A stretch of DNA of 64,000 bases from an uncultured Gammaproteobacteria bacterium (GCA_963835795.1 CAWIHJ010000015.1:57-64056), one strand, 5' to 3'; positions 28,320 to 37,662 are shown, counted from the stretch's first letter. Numbers and translations are program-made. The notes: generated from the sequence alone by a model not told the origin.

Positions 28320-30722
28320 ATGGCAAAACTGGGTAATATTTTTTTTGGTAGAACACTAAATCAGTTTCTCGAGTGTCAGGACCCGGGAAGCCGTAAGGGC
28401 ATGGCTCTGGCTAATAAAATCAGGGAGGCGGCCGGCGATAACCTGGAAAAGATACTGGAATCGATTACCCAGGCAGGCGACCCGCATAGCGAGGTGCTGA
28501 AAAACATCTGTCGCGAGTCGGTCGAGGGTTTTTCGGAAGAATATTTTCTGGATGTGCTGTCACACGAAGAGACCGTATTTCGTGCCGCCGCCAGTGACAT
28601 TCTGTCGCATAAAGCCACGGTTGATCCTTCCAAACTGTTCAAGCGTCTACACGATCGCAAAGTTTCCCCGGCCGAGGTTATCGCAGTACTCGATGCACAA
28701 AAGCATCTGTTAAAGCCGGAAGACATTATCAACCACTCGTTAAAACTGGAAGCGGATTACGCGATAGACCTGTTAAAACTGGTCGAAGGTAGCGAGCAGC
28801 CTGTCGATTTATCGAAATTGAGCTTTCAGCTCGACAAGGCCCAAAGCCCGGCTTACAAGATTAACCTGTTGAGTTATTTCGGTAGTGTTAACCAGCCCGG
28901 GATCCCGTTGATAGTAGTTCGCTTTTTAGATGATTCCAACAAGGTCGTCGTTCTCGAAGCGCTCAAGACCCTGGATCGAATGAAAATCGATTTCGATGTG
29001 TCGGTGCTGCTTCCCTATACCGAATCGATGTCAGGTGTTGAGCTACAGCTGGTGCTCAAGATTATCGCCAAGCAGGCCGACGCCAGCCTGGTACCCCATC
29101 TTTCGGGTTACCTGACTTCGAAGTCGAGCGAACTGAACGATTTTTTTGCACGCATTATCGTTGCCAACGCAGACCGGGATACCCTTGAAGAATTTCTCAA
29201 GCGCCTGAGTATCGAAGACGACTGGACCCTGCAGCAAGTGATCGCTTGCTTACAAAAATTTTCCAGTGAAACCCTGTCCGAAGTCGCGCGTGAACTGACC
29301 GACCATGAAGAGGAAGTCGTGCGTAACGCCGCGCAGATGCTGGTAGTCAATCTGATTGGTAAAGAAGATCTCGATAAAATAGAGGAATTTGCGCTCAATG
29401 AAAATTGGCAGGTCCGCGAACGTGCGATCCAGTCACTGTCCAAGTCGACGAACCGAAGTGCACTGACCATCATCAAGAAAATGGTCGAGACCTACCCCGA
29501 TGATTACTTGCTGGCTTTGCGCGCGGTCAAGCGGCTTGGCTTTGGCAAAGGCCTCGAAATCGCTTTCCAGGGTCTAAAAAATTCAGAGGCCAACGTACAA
29601 CGCGCCTCGCTGGAGACGATCGAGGCGATCACCACCGAAAAGCACGCCACCAACGTACGCGACAATTTACTGTGGAGCCTGCCGATGCTGACCACGGAAA
29701 TGCGGGAATTCGCGAAGATGGTGATGTCACAGATCACCAAGGATTTCAATTTGCCCGATATTGAGATTTACGCAGATTCAAACACCGGTTCCGGCGTGGT
29801 TGATGTTTCTCTGTTTACTGGCGGAACCGGCACGATTGTCAGGCCGGATGAGAGCATGTCACCGCTGGACAGGCTCAGCCCCGGCGAGGTTTGGATGAAC
29901 CGTTATCACATCAAGGAAGAGATTGGCCGGGGTGCAATGGGGCGCGTCATGCTGGTCGAAGACGACATGGTCGATGAGTTATTAATATTAAAATTCATGC
30001 TGCCCGCGCTTACCCTGGACCAGCAGTCGACCGAACGCTTCAAGCGTGAAGTCAAGTACGCCCGCAAGATCAGCCATCGCAACGTGATTCGTGTGCACGA
30101 TATTCTGTTAATGGACGATGTCTGCGCGATTTCGATGGAGTATTTCAGGAGCCGCGGACTTGAGACGGTTCTGGCAAAGTTCAAGAGTTTCGAGACCCTC
30201 GAAGGACTCAAGATCATGTACCAGATCGCCAGTGGCATGGCGGCGGCGCACGAACAGGAAGTCATACATCGTGACCTGAAACCCAGCAACATCCTGATCG
30301 ATGACAACTGGCTGGTGAAGATCGTGGACTTTGGTATTGCCTCGGCCGGCACCGCTTCGGAAGCGACCCTGACCCAAACGGGTTCGATAATTGGCAGCCC
30401 GGCCTACCTGGCACCCGAGCGTGCCGAGGGCAAAGATGCCGACGAGCGCAGCGATATCTACTCGTTGGGGGTTATCGCGTATTACATTTTCAGCGGTCAG
30501 TTGCCGTACAGCGGCAAGCCGATGGAAGTGCTGTCGAAACATCGCGAGGGGAACGCGCCTCCGATTGTCAAGATAAAGGATGGCGCCTCGCCCGAGGTTT
30601 CCCGCCTGATTGTAAAAATGATGGCAGTTGATCCGACCGCACGCCCGCAGACGATGGTAGCGGTACGCGACGAAGTGGCGGAACTCGTCAAGTTGTTCAC
30701 ACTGCCCGATACAATCTCGTAA
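28320..30722 (+). CDS. HEAT/ARM-like repeat protein with a C-terminal Hanks-type Ser/Thr protein kinase domain (about 800 aa).
   Basis: ORF 28251..30722. The first ATG (MAKLGNIFFG) is at 28320. Kinase motifs: IGRGAMGRV, LILKF (catalytic Lys), IHRDLKPSNILI, VDFGIA, GSPAYLAPE. The N-terminal ~540 aa is helical and repeat-like, with segments such as DHEEEVVRNAAQMLV and NENWQVRERAIQSL. GC content is visibly lower than the flanks. Confidence 0.85.
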   Translation: MAKLGNIFFGRTLNQFLECQDPGSRKGMALANKIREAAGDNLEKILESITQAGDPHSEVLKNICRESVEGFSEEYFLDVLSHEETVFRAAASDILSHKATVDPSKLFKRLHDRKVSPAEVIAVLDAQKHLLKPEDIINHSLKLEADYAIDLLKLVEGSEQPVDLSKLSFQLDKAQSPAYKINLLSYFGSVNQPGIPLIVVRFLDDSNKVVVLEALKTLDRMKIDFDVSVLLPYTESMSGVELQLVLKIIAKQADASLVPHLSGYLTSKSSELNDFFARIIVANADRDTLEEFLKRLSIEDDWTLQQVIACLQKFSSETLSEVARELTDHEEEVVRNAAQMLVVNLIGKEDLDKIEEFALNENWQVRERAIQSLSKSTNRSALTIIKKMVETYPDDYLLALRAVKRLGFGKGLEIAFQGLKNSEANVQRASLETIEAITTEKHATNVRDNLLWSLPMLTTEMREFAKMVMSQITKDFNLPDIEIYADSNTGSGVVDVSLFTGGTGTIVRPDESMSPLDRLSPGEVWMNRYHIKEEIGRGAMGRVMLVEDDMVDELLILKFMLPALTLDQQSTERFKREVKYARKISHRNVIRVHDILLMDDVCAISMEYFRSRGLETVLAKFKSFETLEGLKIMYQIASGMAAAHEQEVIHRDLKPSNILIDDNWLVKIVDFGIASAGTASEATLTQTGSIIGSPAYLAPERAEGKDADERSDIYSLGVIAYYIFSGQLPYSGKPMEVLSKHREGNAPPIVKIKDGASPEVSRLIVKMMAVDPTARPQTMVAVRDEVAELVKLFTLPDTIS

Positions 30723-30753
30723 GGCCTCCTCGAACAGAGGTTGTGCGACGATT

Positions 30754-30905
30754 TCAGCCCAGCGATTGCAGCGCAGTCAGTGCGATCAGGTTATAGACAT
30801 CTTCCGTGTTACAGCCGCGTGACAGGTCGTTGGCAGGGCGATGGCTAACTCCGTCACCAGTGTGGGGTCGCAGCTCGTCACGCCCTTACCGGCACTATCC
30901 AACCA
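30754..30905 (-). pseudogene. Orphan GC-rich C-terminal gene fragment (unknown family) with an internal frame break.
   Basis: The minus strand reads ...GKGVTSCDPTLVTELAIALP | ANDLSRGCNTEDVYNLIALTALQSLG*. There is no upstream coding continuation. I could not place the family. Confidence 0.3.
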
Positions 30906-31040
30906 AAAAATAAGGGGATTAAATTTTAATCCGCCCCTTTTTCGTCCCCTTTTTCTTGCGCGGAATAAATTCACCAGATTCAATTACTCATTTAGCAGTT
31001 ACTCCGGATCATCTAACTGAGTGCTTGTGTGAAGAGGACA

Positions 31041-31098
31041 ACCCGGGCCTGAGAGCGATCGTTTTCAAATATAGAAACGATCGCTCTACGGCCCGGGT
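31041..31098. repeat. Long inverted repeat/hairpin with 24-nt arms (22/24 paired) and a 10-nt loop.
   Basis: ACCCGGGCCTGAGAGCGATCGTTT-tcaaatatag-AAACGATCGCTCTACGGCCCGGGT. No T-run follows. Confidence 0.75.
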
Positions 31099-31181
31099 AG
31101 CTTACGGTTCAAGTTGCACCGTTTCACCGAAATTCAGGCGTACCAGCCCGATTTAATCGAATAAGGATTCCTCCCACGGAT

Positions 31182-31478
31182 ATTGCACGCTGCACGCTGG
31201 TGATCCTCGACGGTGGATAAGCGCAGGTAGTTCACCGTAACCGACTTCAGCTCAAATCCATGCGCCGAATTTCTGCCGTGTGCAAATGTTCTATCTGTCG
31301 ATGTTCGCGAACGTCGCGGCGCGCGAACGCGGTTTGCAGGATTTGCAGCGCATCGCCGTGCGAGATCAGCAACAGGCAAGTAGCGGAATAGCGCTGTTCG
31401 AGCTCGATAATCAATTCGGTGACCCGCGCCATCACCTGGTTGGGGCTTTCCGTCTGCCGATAATCACTGTCGGCATTG
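31182..31478 (+). repeat. Right copy of the ~297-bp imperfect direct repeat.
   Basis: See the left copy. It contains a 3' DUF1330 remnant (...IARCTLVILDGG*) and the genuine 3' end of the phosphatase gene. Confidence 0.85.
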
Positions 31479-31846
31479 ACCGCATCCTGTTCCCAGACCG
31501 CTGCGTAGCCACTGTCGGCGCCGAGTTCAAGATCACCGAAGTAGCGCTCGCGCAGGCGAACATCGGTTTCGATCGCAGGCCCTGCACCCAACCACTGGCG
31601 CGCAATGGCCGCGGTTTCGACGGCGCGGCTGAAATCGGAACAGACGATAATCGTCGTGGCATCGAGACCCGTGTCCTGGTGCAAACTGGCCTGTACCTGC
31701 CCCCGCCCCTCGTCGCTCAGACCATATCCCGAGCAGCCATTATCGGGGTGGCTGACAATTATTCCCTGTTGATTGGCCAGACTGTGGCCGTGGCGCATCG
31801 CAAAATAACGGTTCCCAAGATGATTTAGAGCAGAAAGATGATTCAA
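31247..31846 (-). CDS. Histidine phosphatase family protein (phosphoglycerate mutase-like).
   Basis: 199-aa intact ORF with the N-terminal catalytic RHG motif (YFAMRHGHSLANQ) and a later SHGDAL. Confidence 0.85.
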   Translation of the reverse strand: MNHLSALNHLGNRYFAMRHGHSLANQQGIIVSHPDNGCSGYGLSDEGRGQVQASLHQDTGLDATTIIVCSDFSRAVETAAIARQWLGAGPAIETDVRLRERYFGDLELGADSGYAAVWEQDAVNADSDYRQTESPNQVMARVTELIIELEQRYSATCLLLISHGDALQILQTAFARRDVREHRQIEHLHTAEIRRMDLS

Positions 31847-32023
31847 AGAATTCCCTCTATATAGTAAGGTATATGCCCGCGAGTGCTCGCCAGCGGAAAA
31901 CAGATGGCAGATGCAGGCAAGGTTGCATCGTCCTTTTTTAACGTCGATAATGCAGCGTCAACGGTGACCGCAGCCAATAAACTAATAAGCGCCGTCAAAC
32001 AAACCACAGAGGGGAAAATTATA

Positions 32024-32995
32024 ATGTCTAAATCCGTATCTATATATAGCCAGCTGATCGGGCTGATACTTTTACTGGGCTTTTCTTTTAGCGCTTCCGC
32101 GGAAGAATGTTATCGCGGTACGCTCGACAAGCAGTACTGCGACCGTGATCGCGACCAGATCGCCGATTTGCCGCTCGATCCGGCCGAATGGGCTAACCCC
32201 GACACCATCATCTTTTCCTACACCCCGGTAGAAGATCCGGCGGTTTACGCCAAGGTCTGGGATGGCTTCATCAAGCACATGTCCGAGGTCACCGGCAAGA
32301 AGGTCGTTTTCTTCCCGGTACAGTCCTACGCGGCCCAGTACGAAGCCATGCGTTCCGGCCGCCTGCACATTGCCGGCGTCAATACCGGGGGTAATCCGGT
32401 AGCCGTTTCCTGCGCCGGACTGGTGCCGTTCGCGATGATGGCGTCGAAAGACGGCTCATTTGGCTACGAAATGGAAATCATCGTGCCCAAAGACAGCGAT
32501 ATCAAATCACCTGCCGACATCAAGGGGCGTTCACTGGCCTTCACTTCACCGACCTCCAATTCGGGCTTCAAGGCGCCTTCGGCACTGCTCAAGTCAGAGT
32601 ACGGCCTGGTCGCCGAGAATGATTACGAGACGGCATTTTCCGGCAAGCACGACAACTCGGTACTCGGCGTCGCCAACAAGGACTACGAGGCCGCGGCCAT
32701 CGCCAACTCGGTCATGAACCGCATGTTCGACCGCAAGGTCGTCGATCCGGCCAGCATTACTTCGATCTACAAGTCGGCCACCTTCCCGACCACCGGTTAC
32801 GGTCACGCCCACAACCTGCATCCGGAAGTCGCGGCGAAGATCAAGCAGGCCTTTTTCACTTTCAAATGGGAAGGTTCGGAGCTGCAAAACGAGTTCAAGA
32901 AGGAAGGTCGCTTCGTCGGCATACATCATAAATCCGACTGGGCCGTTATTCGCAAGATCGATGCCGCCAACGGCGTCAGCTACGACTGCAAGTAA
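32024..32995 (+). CDS. phnD: Phosphonate/phosphite-type ABC transporter substrate-binding protein (PhnD family).
   Basis: ORF 31883..32995. Start MSKSVSIYSQLIGLILLLGFSFSASA (signal peptide) at 32024, with GAGGGG upstream. PhnD-like motifs: FTSPTSNSGF and TFPTTGYG. The phnC/phnE genes follow. Confidence 0.8.
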   Translation: MSKSVSIYSQLIGLILLLGFSFSASAEECYRGTLDKQYCDRDRDQIADLPLDPAEWANPDTIIFSYTPVEDPAVYAKVWDGFIKHMSEVTGKKVVFFPVQSYAAQYEAMRSGRLHIAGVNTGGNPVAVSCAGLVPFAMMASKDGSFGYEMEIIVPKDSDIKSPADIKGRSLAFTSPTSNSGFKAPSALLKSEYGLVAENDYETAFSGKHDNSVLGVANKDYEAAAIANSVMNRMFDRKVVDPASITSIYKSATFPTTGYGHAHNLHPEVAAKIKQAFFTFKWEGSELQNEFKKEGRFVGIHHKSDWAVIRKIDAANGVSYDCK

Positions 32996-33015
32996 ACCGC
33001 AGGCCCACCCCATAA

Positions 33016-33047
33016 CAGTAGCCACGATCCCCGGATCGTGGCTACTG
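33016..33047 (+). other. Perfect 14-bp-stem hairpin in the phnD-phnC spacer (CAGTAGCCACGATC-cccg-GATCGTGGCTACTG).
   Basis: Direct reading. No U-run follows, so it is more likely an intercistronic mRNA stabiliser or attenuator than a full terminator. Confidence 0.6.
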
Positions 33048-33103
33048 GTTCCTCACGGGCCAGGTTTGCACGACCCTGATCACTAGTACCTCGGAAATTA
33101 TCC

Positions 33104-33943
33104 ATGCTGCGTATCGAAAACCTCGAAAAAAGGTATCAGACCGGAGACCTGGCGCTCAACAGCGTCAACCTGGAAGTCCCCAGGGGCCAGGTCATGGCGC
33201 TGATCGGTCCTTCGGGTGCGGGCAAGAGCACGTTGATTCGCTGCGTCAATCGACTCGTCGAGCCCACCGGCGGCAAGATTTTTCTCGGCGATCTGGAACT
33301 GGCCCACCTCGGTTCAGGCGAATTGCGCCGTGCACGGCGGCGTATGGGCATGATCTTTCAGGAATACGCCCTGGTGGAACGCCTGAGCGTAATGGAAAAC
33401 GTGCTGTCCGGAAGGTTGGGTTACGTCGGCTTCTGGCGCAGTTACTTTCGCAAGTTTCCACAATCCGATATCGACGAGGCATTCAACCTGTTGCAACGCG
33501 TCGGTCTCGACCACATGGTCGACAAGCGCGCCGATGAACTGTCGGGCGGTCAGCGACAACGCGTGGGTATCTGCCGCGCGCTGATCCAGAACCCGGACTT
33601 GCTATTGGTCGACGAGCCTACCGCGAGCCTCGATCCGAAGACCTCGCGGCAGATCATGCGTCTGATCTGTGAACTCTGCGAAGAACGGCAACTCGCCGCA
33701 ATCATCAACATCCACGACGTACTGCTGGCACAGATGTTCGCGCGCCGCATCGTCGGACTGCAGCTCGGCGAGATCGTCTACGATGGCCCGCCCGACCAGC
33801 TCACGGCGGATGTGCTGACCCAGATCTACGGTGAAGAAGACTGGGAAGCCACCATCGAGGCAAGCAAAGATCTCGATGAAGACGAAGCCGACGTGATCGC
33901 GGTAGTGGAAAAAGTGATTCACAAAACGGGGGCGAAGGATTGA
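33104..33943 (+). CDS. phnC: Phosphonate ABC transporter ATP-binding protein.
   Basis: 279-aa intact ORF with [38 protein letters not shown]. Confidence 0.88.
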   Translation: MLRIENLEKRYQTGDLALNSVNLEVPRGQVMALIGPSGAGKSTLIRCVNRLVEPTGGKIFLGDLELAHLGSGELRRARRRMGMIFQEYALVERLSVMENVLSGRLGYVGFWRSYFRKFPQSDIDEAFNLLQRVGLDHMVDKRADELSGGQRQRVGICRALIQNPDLLLVDEPTASLDPKTSRQIMRLICELCEERQLAAIINIHDVLLAQMFARRIVGLQLGEIVYDGPPDQLTADVLTQIYGEEDWEATIEASKDLDEDEADVIAVVEKVIHKTGAKD

Positions 33944-34744
33944 ATCAAACCACTAAACCCCGTACCTGGAAACGGCCCCCCTTCATTACTAACCCGACGC
34001 TGCGCTGGGGTTTGTGGCTGGGTCTCGCGATATACCTGGCGCTGGCTTTCGGAACCCTGGAAATCAACTGGGGTCGGGTCGGGGAAGGCATTCTGCGCAG
34101 CGAGCGCTTTATCGCCGCCTTCTTCCCGCCGGATTTCACCTCGCGCTGGGAATCGATCGAAGACGGCATCCTGGAAAGCCTGTGGATGACGGTTACCTCC
34201 ACGGTGGTCGGCATCCTGCTGTCGATTCCGGTTGGCCTCGGCGCCGCACGCAATCTGGCGCTGGCGCCCGGTTTACCTGTTCTGCCGCGGCATCGTCGCG
34301 GTGTCGCGCACCTTTCCCGAAATCATCCTGGCGATCTTTTTCGTCAAGCTGTTCGGCTTCGGCCCGTTTGCGGGTTTTCTCGCACTCTCCGTCGGCACCG
34401 TCGGCTTTTACGGCAAGCTGCTGGCCGAAGACATCGAGGACATGGACCCGGTGCAGGCCGAGGCGGTCAAGTCGGTCGGCGCCAGCTGGTTCCAGTGGCT
34501 GAACTACGCGGTGCAGCCGCAGGTCATGCCGCGCATGATCGGGCTGGGCCTGTATCGGTTCGACATCAACTTTCGCGAATCGGCGGTGGTCGGCATCGTC
34601 GGCGGCGGCGGCATCGGCGCTACCCTGCTGACTTCGTTCGATCGCTACGAGTTCGATTCGGCCGCGGCTATCCTGCTGGTCATCATCGGCATCGTCATGG
34701 CGGTGGAATACAGCTCCGGTTACATCCGCCGGTGGGTGCAGTAA
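33940..34744 (+). pseudogene. phnE: Phosphonate ABC transporter permease PhnE (copy 1) with one +1 break (~34260).
   Basis: ORF 33940.. and ORF 34232..34744 join: ...PVGLGAARNLA | RPVYLFCRGIVAVSRTFPEIILAIFFVKLFGFGPFAG... Confidence 0.8.
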
Positions 34745-35558
34745 TGCCGGTAGTCGAGACCAATGGCCAGAAAATCTGGCACCGGCGCACCACCACGAAA
34801 CAGTGGCCGTGTGGTTCGGCTGGCTGATCGGGGTAGCGATATTCGTTTATTGCTGGCGTCTCATTTCCGATAAGACCATCTGGATGTTCGTCACCGATGC
34901 GCCCAAGCAGGCTGCCGATATGGCGAGCCGCATGGTGCCGCCCAAGTGGTCTTACATGGACACCCTGTGGGCACCGGTGTGGGACACCATCAACATCGCC
35001 ACGCTGGGCACCATGATCGCCCTCGTGATTGCCGTGCCGGTCGCCTTTTGCGCCGCGCACAACACCACGCCCAGCGTCAAGTTCGTGCGCCCGGTGGCAC
35101 TGTTCATCATCGTCTCGTCGCGCTCCATCAACTCGCTGATCTGGGCGCTGATGCTGGTGACGATCATCGGCCCCGGGGTGTTCGCCGGCGTGATCGCCAT
35201 CGGTTTGCGCTCGATCGGTTTTTGCGCCAAGTTGCTCTACGAGGCGATCGAGGAAATCGACCACAGCCAGGTGGAGGCGGTGACCGCCACCGGCTCGTCG
35301 CGTGCGCAGCAGTTGAGCTTCGGCATCGTGCCGCAGATCATGCCCGCCTTCGCCGGCATCTCGGTGTTTCGCTGGGACATCAACATTCGCGAATCGACGG
35401 TGCTCGGGCTGGTCGGCGCCGGCGGTATCGGTCTGCAACTGGACTCGTCGATCTCGACGCTGGCCTGGACCCAGGTTTCGCTGATCCTGCTGGTCATCCT
35501 CGCCACCGTCATCGTCAGCGAATGGGTATCGGCAAAGATTCGCCACGCGATCATCTGA
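34744..35558 (+). pseudogene. phnE: Phosphonate ABC transporter permease PhnE (copy 2) with one -1 break (~34800).
   Basis: The ATG at 34744 overlaps the upstream stop (MPVVETNGQKIWHRRTTTKQ...). The frame then switches to ORF 34803..35558 (VAVWFGWLIG...SRSINSLIWALMLV...FRWDINIRESTVLG). Confidence 0.78.
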
Positions 35559-35572
35559 GCCGCCGTAGTCTC

Positions 35573-36416
35573 GTGGCAATCGACCCACAGCTCGAAGCCA
35601 ACTACAACATCGTAGCCTCGCGTGACGGCGTCGATGAATTGATGCAACGCTGGTCTGCGCAAAGTGCGGAGCAACGTGCCGCAGCCGATGTCAGCCTGGA
35701 CTGTATATACGGCGTCGGAGCGCGCGAGCGCATCGACGTGTTTCGTTGCGGCGTAACCGACGCGCCCTTGTACGCCTACATTCATGGTGGCTACTGGCAA
35801 CGCGGTGACAAATCGCTGTACAGTTTCATCACGGCGCCTTTTCTCGCCGCAGGAATCGACGTCGCCATCATCGGCTACCCGTTGTGTCCGCAGGTGTCGA
35901 TGAGCGAACTGTTGAACTCGATGCGCCAGGCCATCGTCTGTTTGTACCTGAACGCCGATCACCTCGGCGTAAACCGCGAGCGCATCAACCTGTCCGGGCA
36001 TTCCGCGGGTGGACACCTGACGGCGATGGCCGCTTGCACTGACTGGCCAGGCTTCGGCGGCAGGGCTGCCCGCAGACCTGCTAAAAACGGCAATCCCGTT
36101 CAGCGGCCTGTATGACCTGGAACCCTGCTGCACACCAGTATCAGCGAGGCGCTGCGGTTAACCGCTGACGAAATCCTGCAGCTGAGCCCGATTCACTTGC
36201 AACCGACGAGCCAGATGCCGCTGCTCACCATCATCGGAGGTGGCGAAACTCGCGGAGTTTTTTCGCCAGACCGACGCCTTGCACGCGGCCTGGAGCCAGC
36301 ATCTGCCAGCCCTCGACCGGCATGTCGAAGCCGATGTCGATCACCTCGACCTGATCGACCGGCTGGCCACTGCCGACAGCGCGATTTTCCAACGCATCGC
36401 CGGCTGGTTGCGCTAG
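35573..36416 (+). pseudogene. Alpha/beta hydrolase (esterase/arylformamidase-like) with three frame breaks (~36068, ~36125, ~36250).
   Basis: From the GTG at 35573: VAIDPQLEANYN...YIHGGYWQRGDKS...NLSGHSAGGHL (nucleophile elbow GHSAG)... | LPADLLKTAIPFSGLYDLEP | LLHTSISEALRLTADEILQLSP...IIGGGET | EFFRQTDALHAAW...IAGWLR*. Confidence 0.7.
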
Positions 36417-36455
36417 CCTGCATTTCTCTTACTGGTTTTGACACATCCGCGTCAC

Positions 36456-37595
36456 TTATAGAGCGTTCTGGTGGCGCTCGTAGCGATCCATGAATTCCGG
36501 CGCCAGCGCGCGTAATCGCTGCTGATCGATCCGCCCCGACCGGGTCAGGTAGTCGTAGGCAAATTCGATAGCAGGCTTGTTCATGCGCTCGGCGAAGCCG
36601 TCGTACCAGCGCGCGGACTGGTTGGCGGCATCGACGATCTTGCGCACGATGGGCTGGCGCTGTTGCTGAAACGACTGCAGCGCATCGTCCAGGCGATTTG
36701 ACGCGCACAGGGCTTTTACCAGCGCGATCGAATCCTCGAAAGCGAGACGCGTACCCGAACCGATCGAGAAGTGCGCGGTATGCGCGGCATCGCCGAGCAG
36801 GACACGATTGCCAGACACCCAGTTGTCGCACCACAGGCGTGGAAAACGGCGCCAGATGGAATGATTGGTGAGCAGTGTCGCGCCATCGAGGGTATCCGCA
36901 AACAACAGGGAACAACGCGCTGCACTCTGGCGCTCACTCATTTCCGCAAAGCCCTGTGCAGCAAAACTGACCGGATCGCATTCGACGATAAAGGTGCTCA
37001 TTTGCGGCGTATAACGATAGTGATGGGCATTCAATACGCTTCGCTCATTGCGAATAAAGGTTTGCGTCAGCGTAGCGAAGGAGCGCGTTGCACCAAACCA
37101 GGCAAAGTGATTATCAAAATAGTCGAGCGAGGGCTGGAACGCGGCCTCGTCGCTGCGCCGCACCAGCGAATGCAATCCATCCGCGCCGATGATCAGGTCG
37201 GCCTGGTTGGCATCGAGCGATTCGAGCGCCTGCTGGAAACGCAGCTCAACACCGAGCCCGCGCGCCCGCTGTTGCAGGAGTTGCAACATTTGCAGGCGCC
37301 CAATGGCGGCAAAGCCGATGCCGTCGAGGGTGATTTCTGCACCCGCGAGCGCCAGGGTCATGTTGCGCCAACGCTCCATCAGCGGCGTGATCAGGGCGTG
37401 GGTATCGGGGTCGTCGGCCTGCAGAAAATCGAGCGCCTGGTCGGAAAACACCACGCCAAAGCCGAAGGTGGCATCGGCCGCATTTTGCTCGGTTACGCGC
37501 ACCTGGGTTGCCGGTAAGTGCGTTTTCAACAAGATCGCCGTATACAGCCCGGCCGGGCCACCCCCGACAATATCGACCCGCTTCAACGGCAGCAT
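36456..37595 (-). CDS. FAD-dependent aromatic-ring monooxygenase-like oxidoreductase.
   Basis: ORF 36456..37697(-). Likely start MLPLKRVDIVGGGPAGLY at 37595. Motifs: GADGLHSLVR and LLGDAAHTAHFSIGSGTRLAFEDS. Confidence 0.8.
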   Translation of the reverse strand: MLPLKRVDIVGGGPAGLYTAILLKTHLPATQVRVTEQNAADATFGFGVVFSDQALDFLQADDPDTHALITPLMERWRNMTLALAGAEITLDGIGFAAIGRLQMLQLLQQRARGLGVELRFQQALESLDANQADLIIGADGLHSLVRRSDEAAFQPSLDYFDNHFAWFGATRSFATLTQTFIRNERSVLNAHHYRYTPQMSTFIVECDPVSFAAQGFAEMSERQSAARCSLLFADTLDGATLLTNHSIWRRFPRLWCDNWVSGNRVLLGDAAHTAHFSIGSGTRLAFEDSIALVKALCASNRLDDALQSFQQQRQPIVRKIVDAANQSARWYDGFAERMNKPAIEFAYDYLTRSGRIDQQRLRALAPEFMDRYERHQNAL

Positions 37596-37662
37596 GACAA
37601 GGCAGCGAGCCAAAGCACCGGCATTATTGGATTGTGTTTGCGCAAAATCGGGTGCCACCGCC

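Noticed and set aside
31041-31098. An integron attC site, with the kinase as a gene cassette.
   Set aside because: There is no intI gene or attI. The arms lack the RYYYAAC/GTTRRRY core sites. The hairpin lies about 320 nt from the ORF end, with unrelated relic sequence in between.
30786-31156. The small ORFs 30786..30983(-) and 30956..31156(+) in the right part of the insertion.
   Set aside because: The translations are low-complexity or run straight through the palindrome and hairpin sequences. Neither has an RBS or a recognisable motif. The minus-strand one only partly coincides with the relic gene tail, which is reported separately.
27848-31181. A prophage remnant, IS element or ICE as the origin of the low-GC segment.
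   Set aside because: No integrase, transposase, phage structural or conjugation genes are present. There are no terminal inverted repeats at the segment ends, and no tRNA or tmRNA target.
34946-36115. A 389-aa ORF overlapping the second phnE gene.
   Set aside because: The 5' two-thirds is an out-of-frame shadow of phnE. Only the part from the GTG at 35573 onward encodes the alpha/beta hydrolase.
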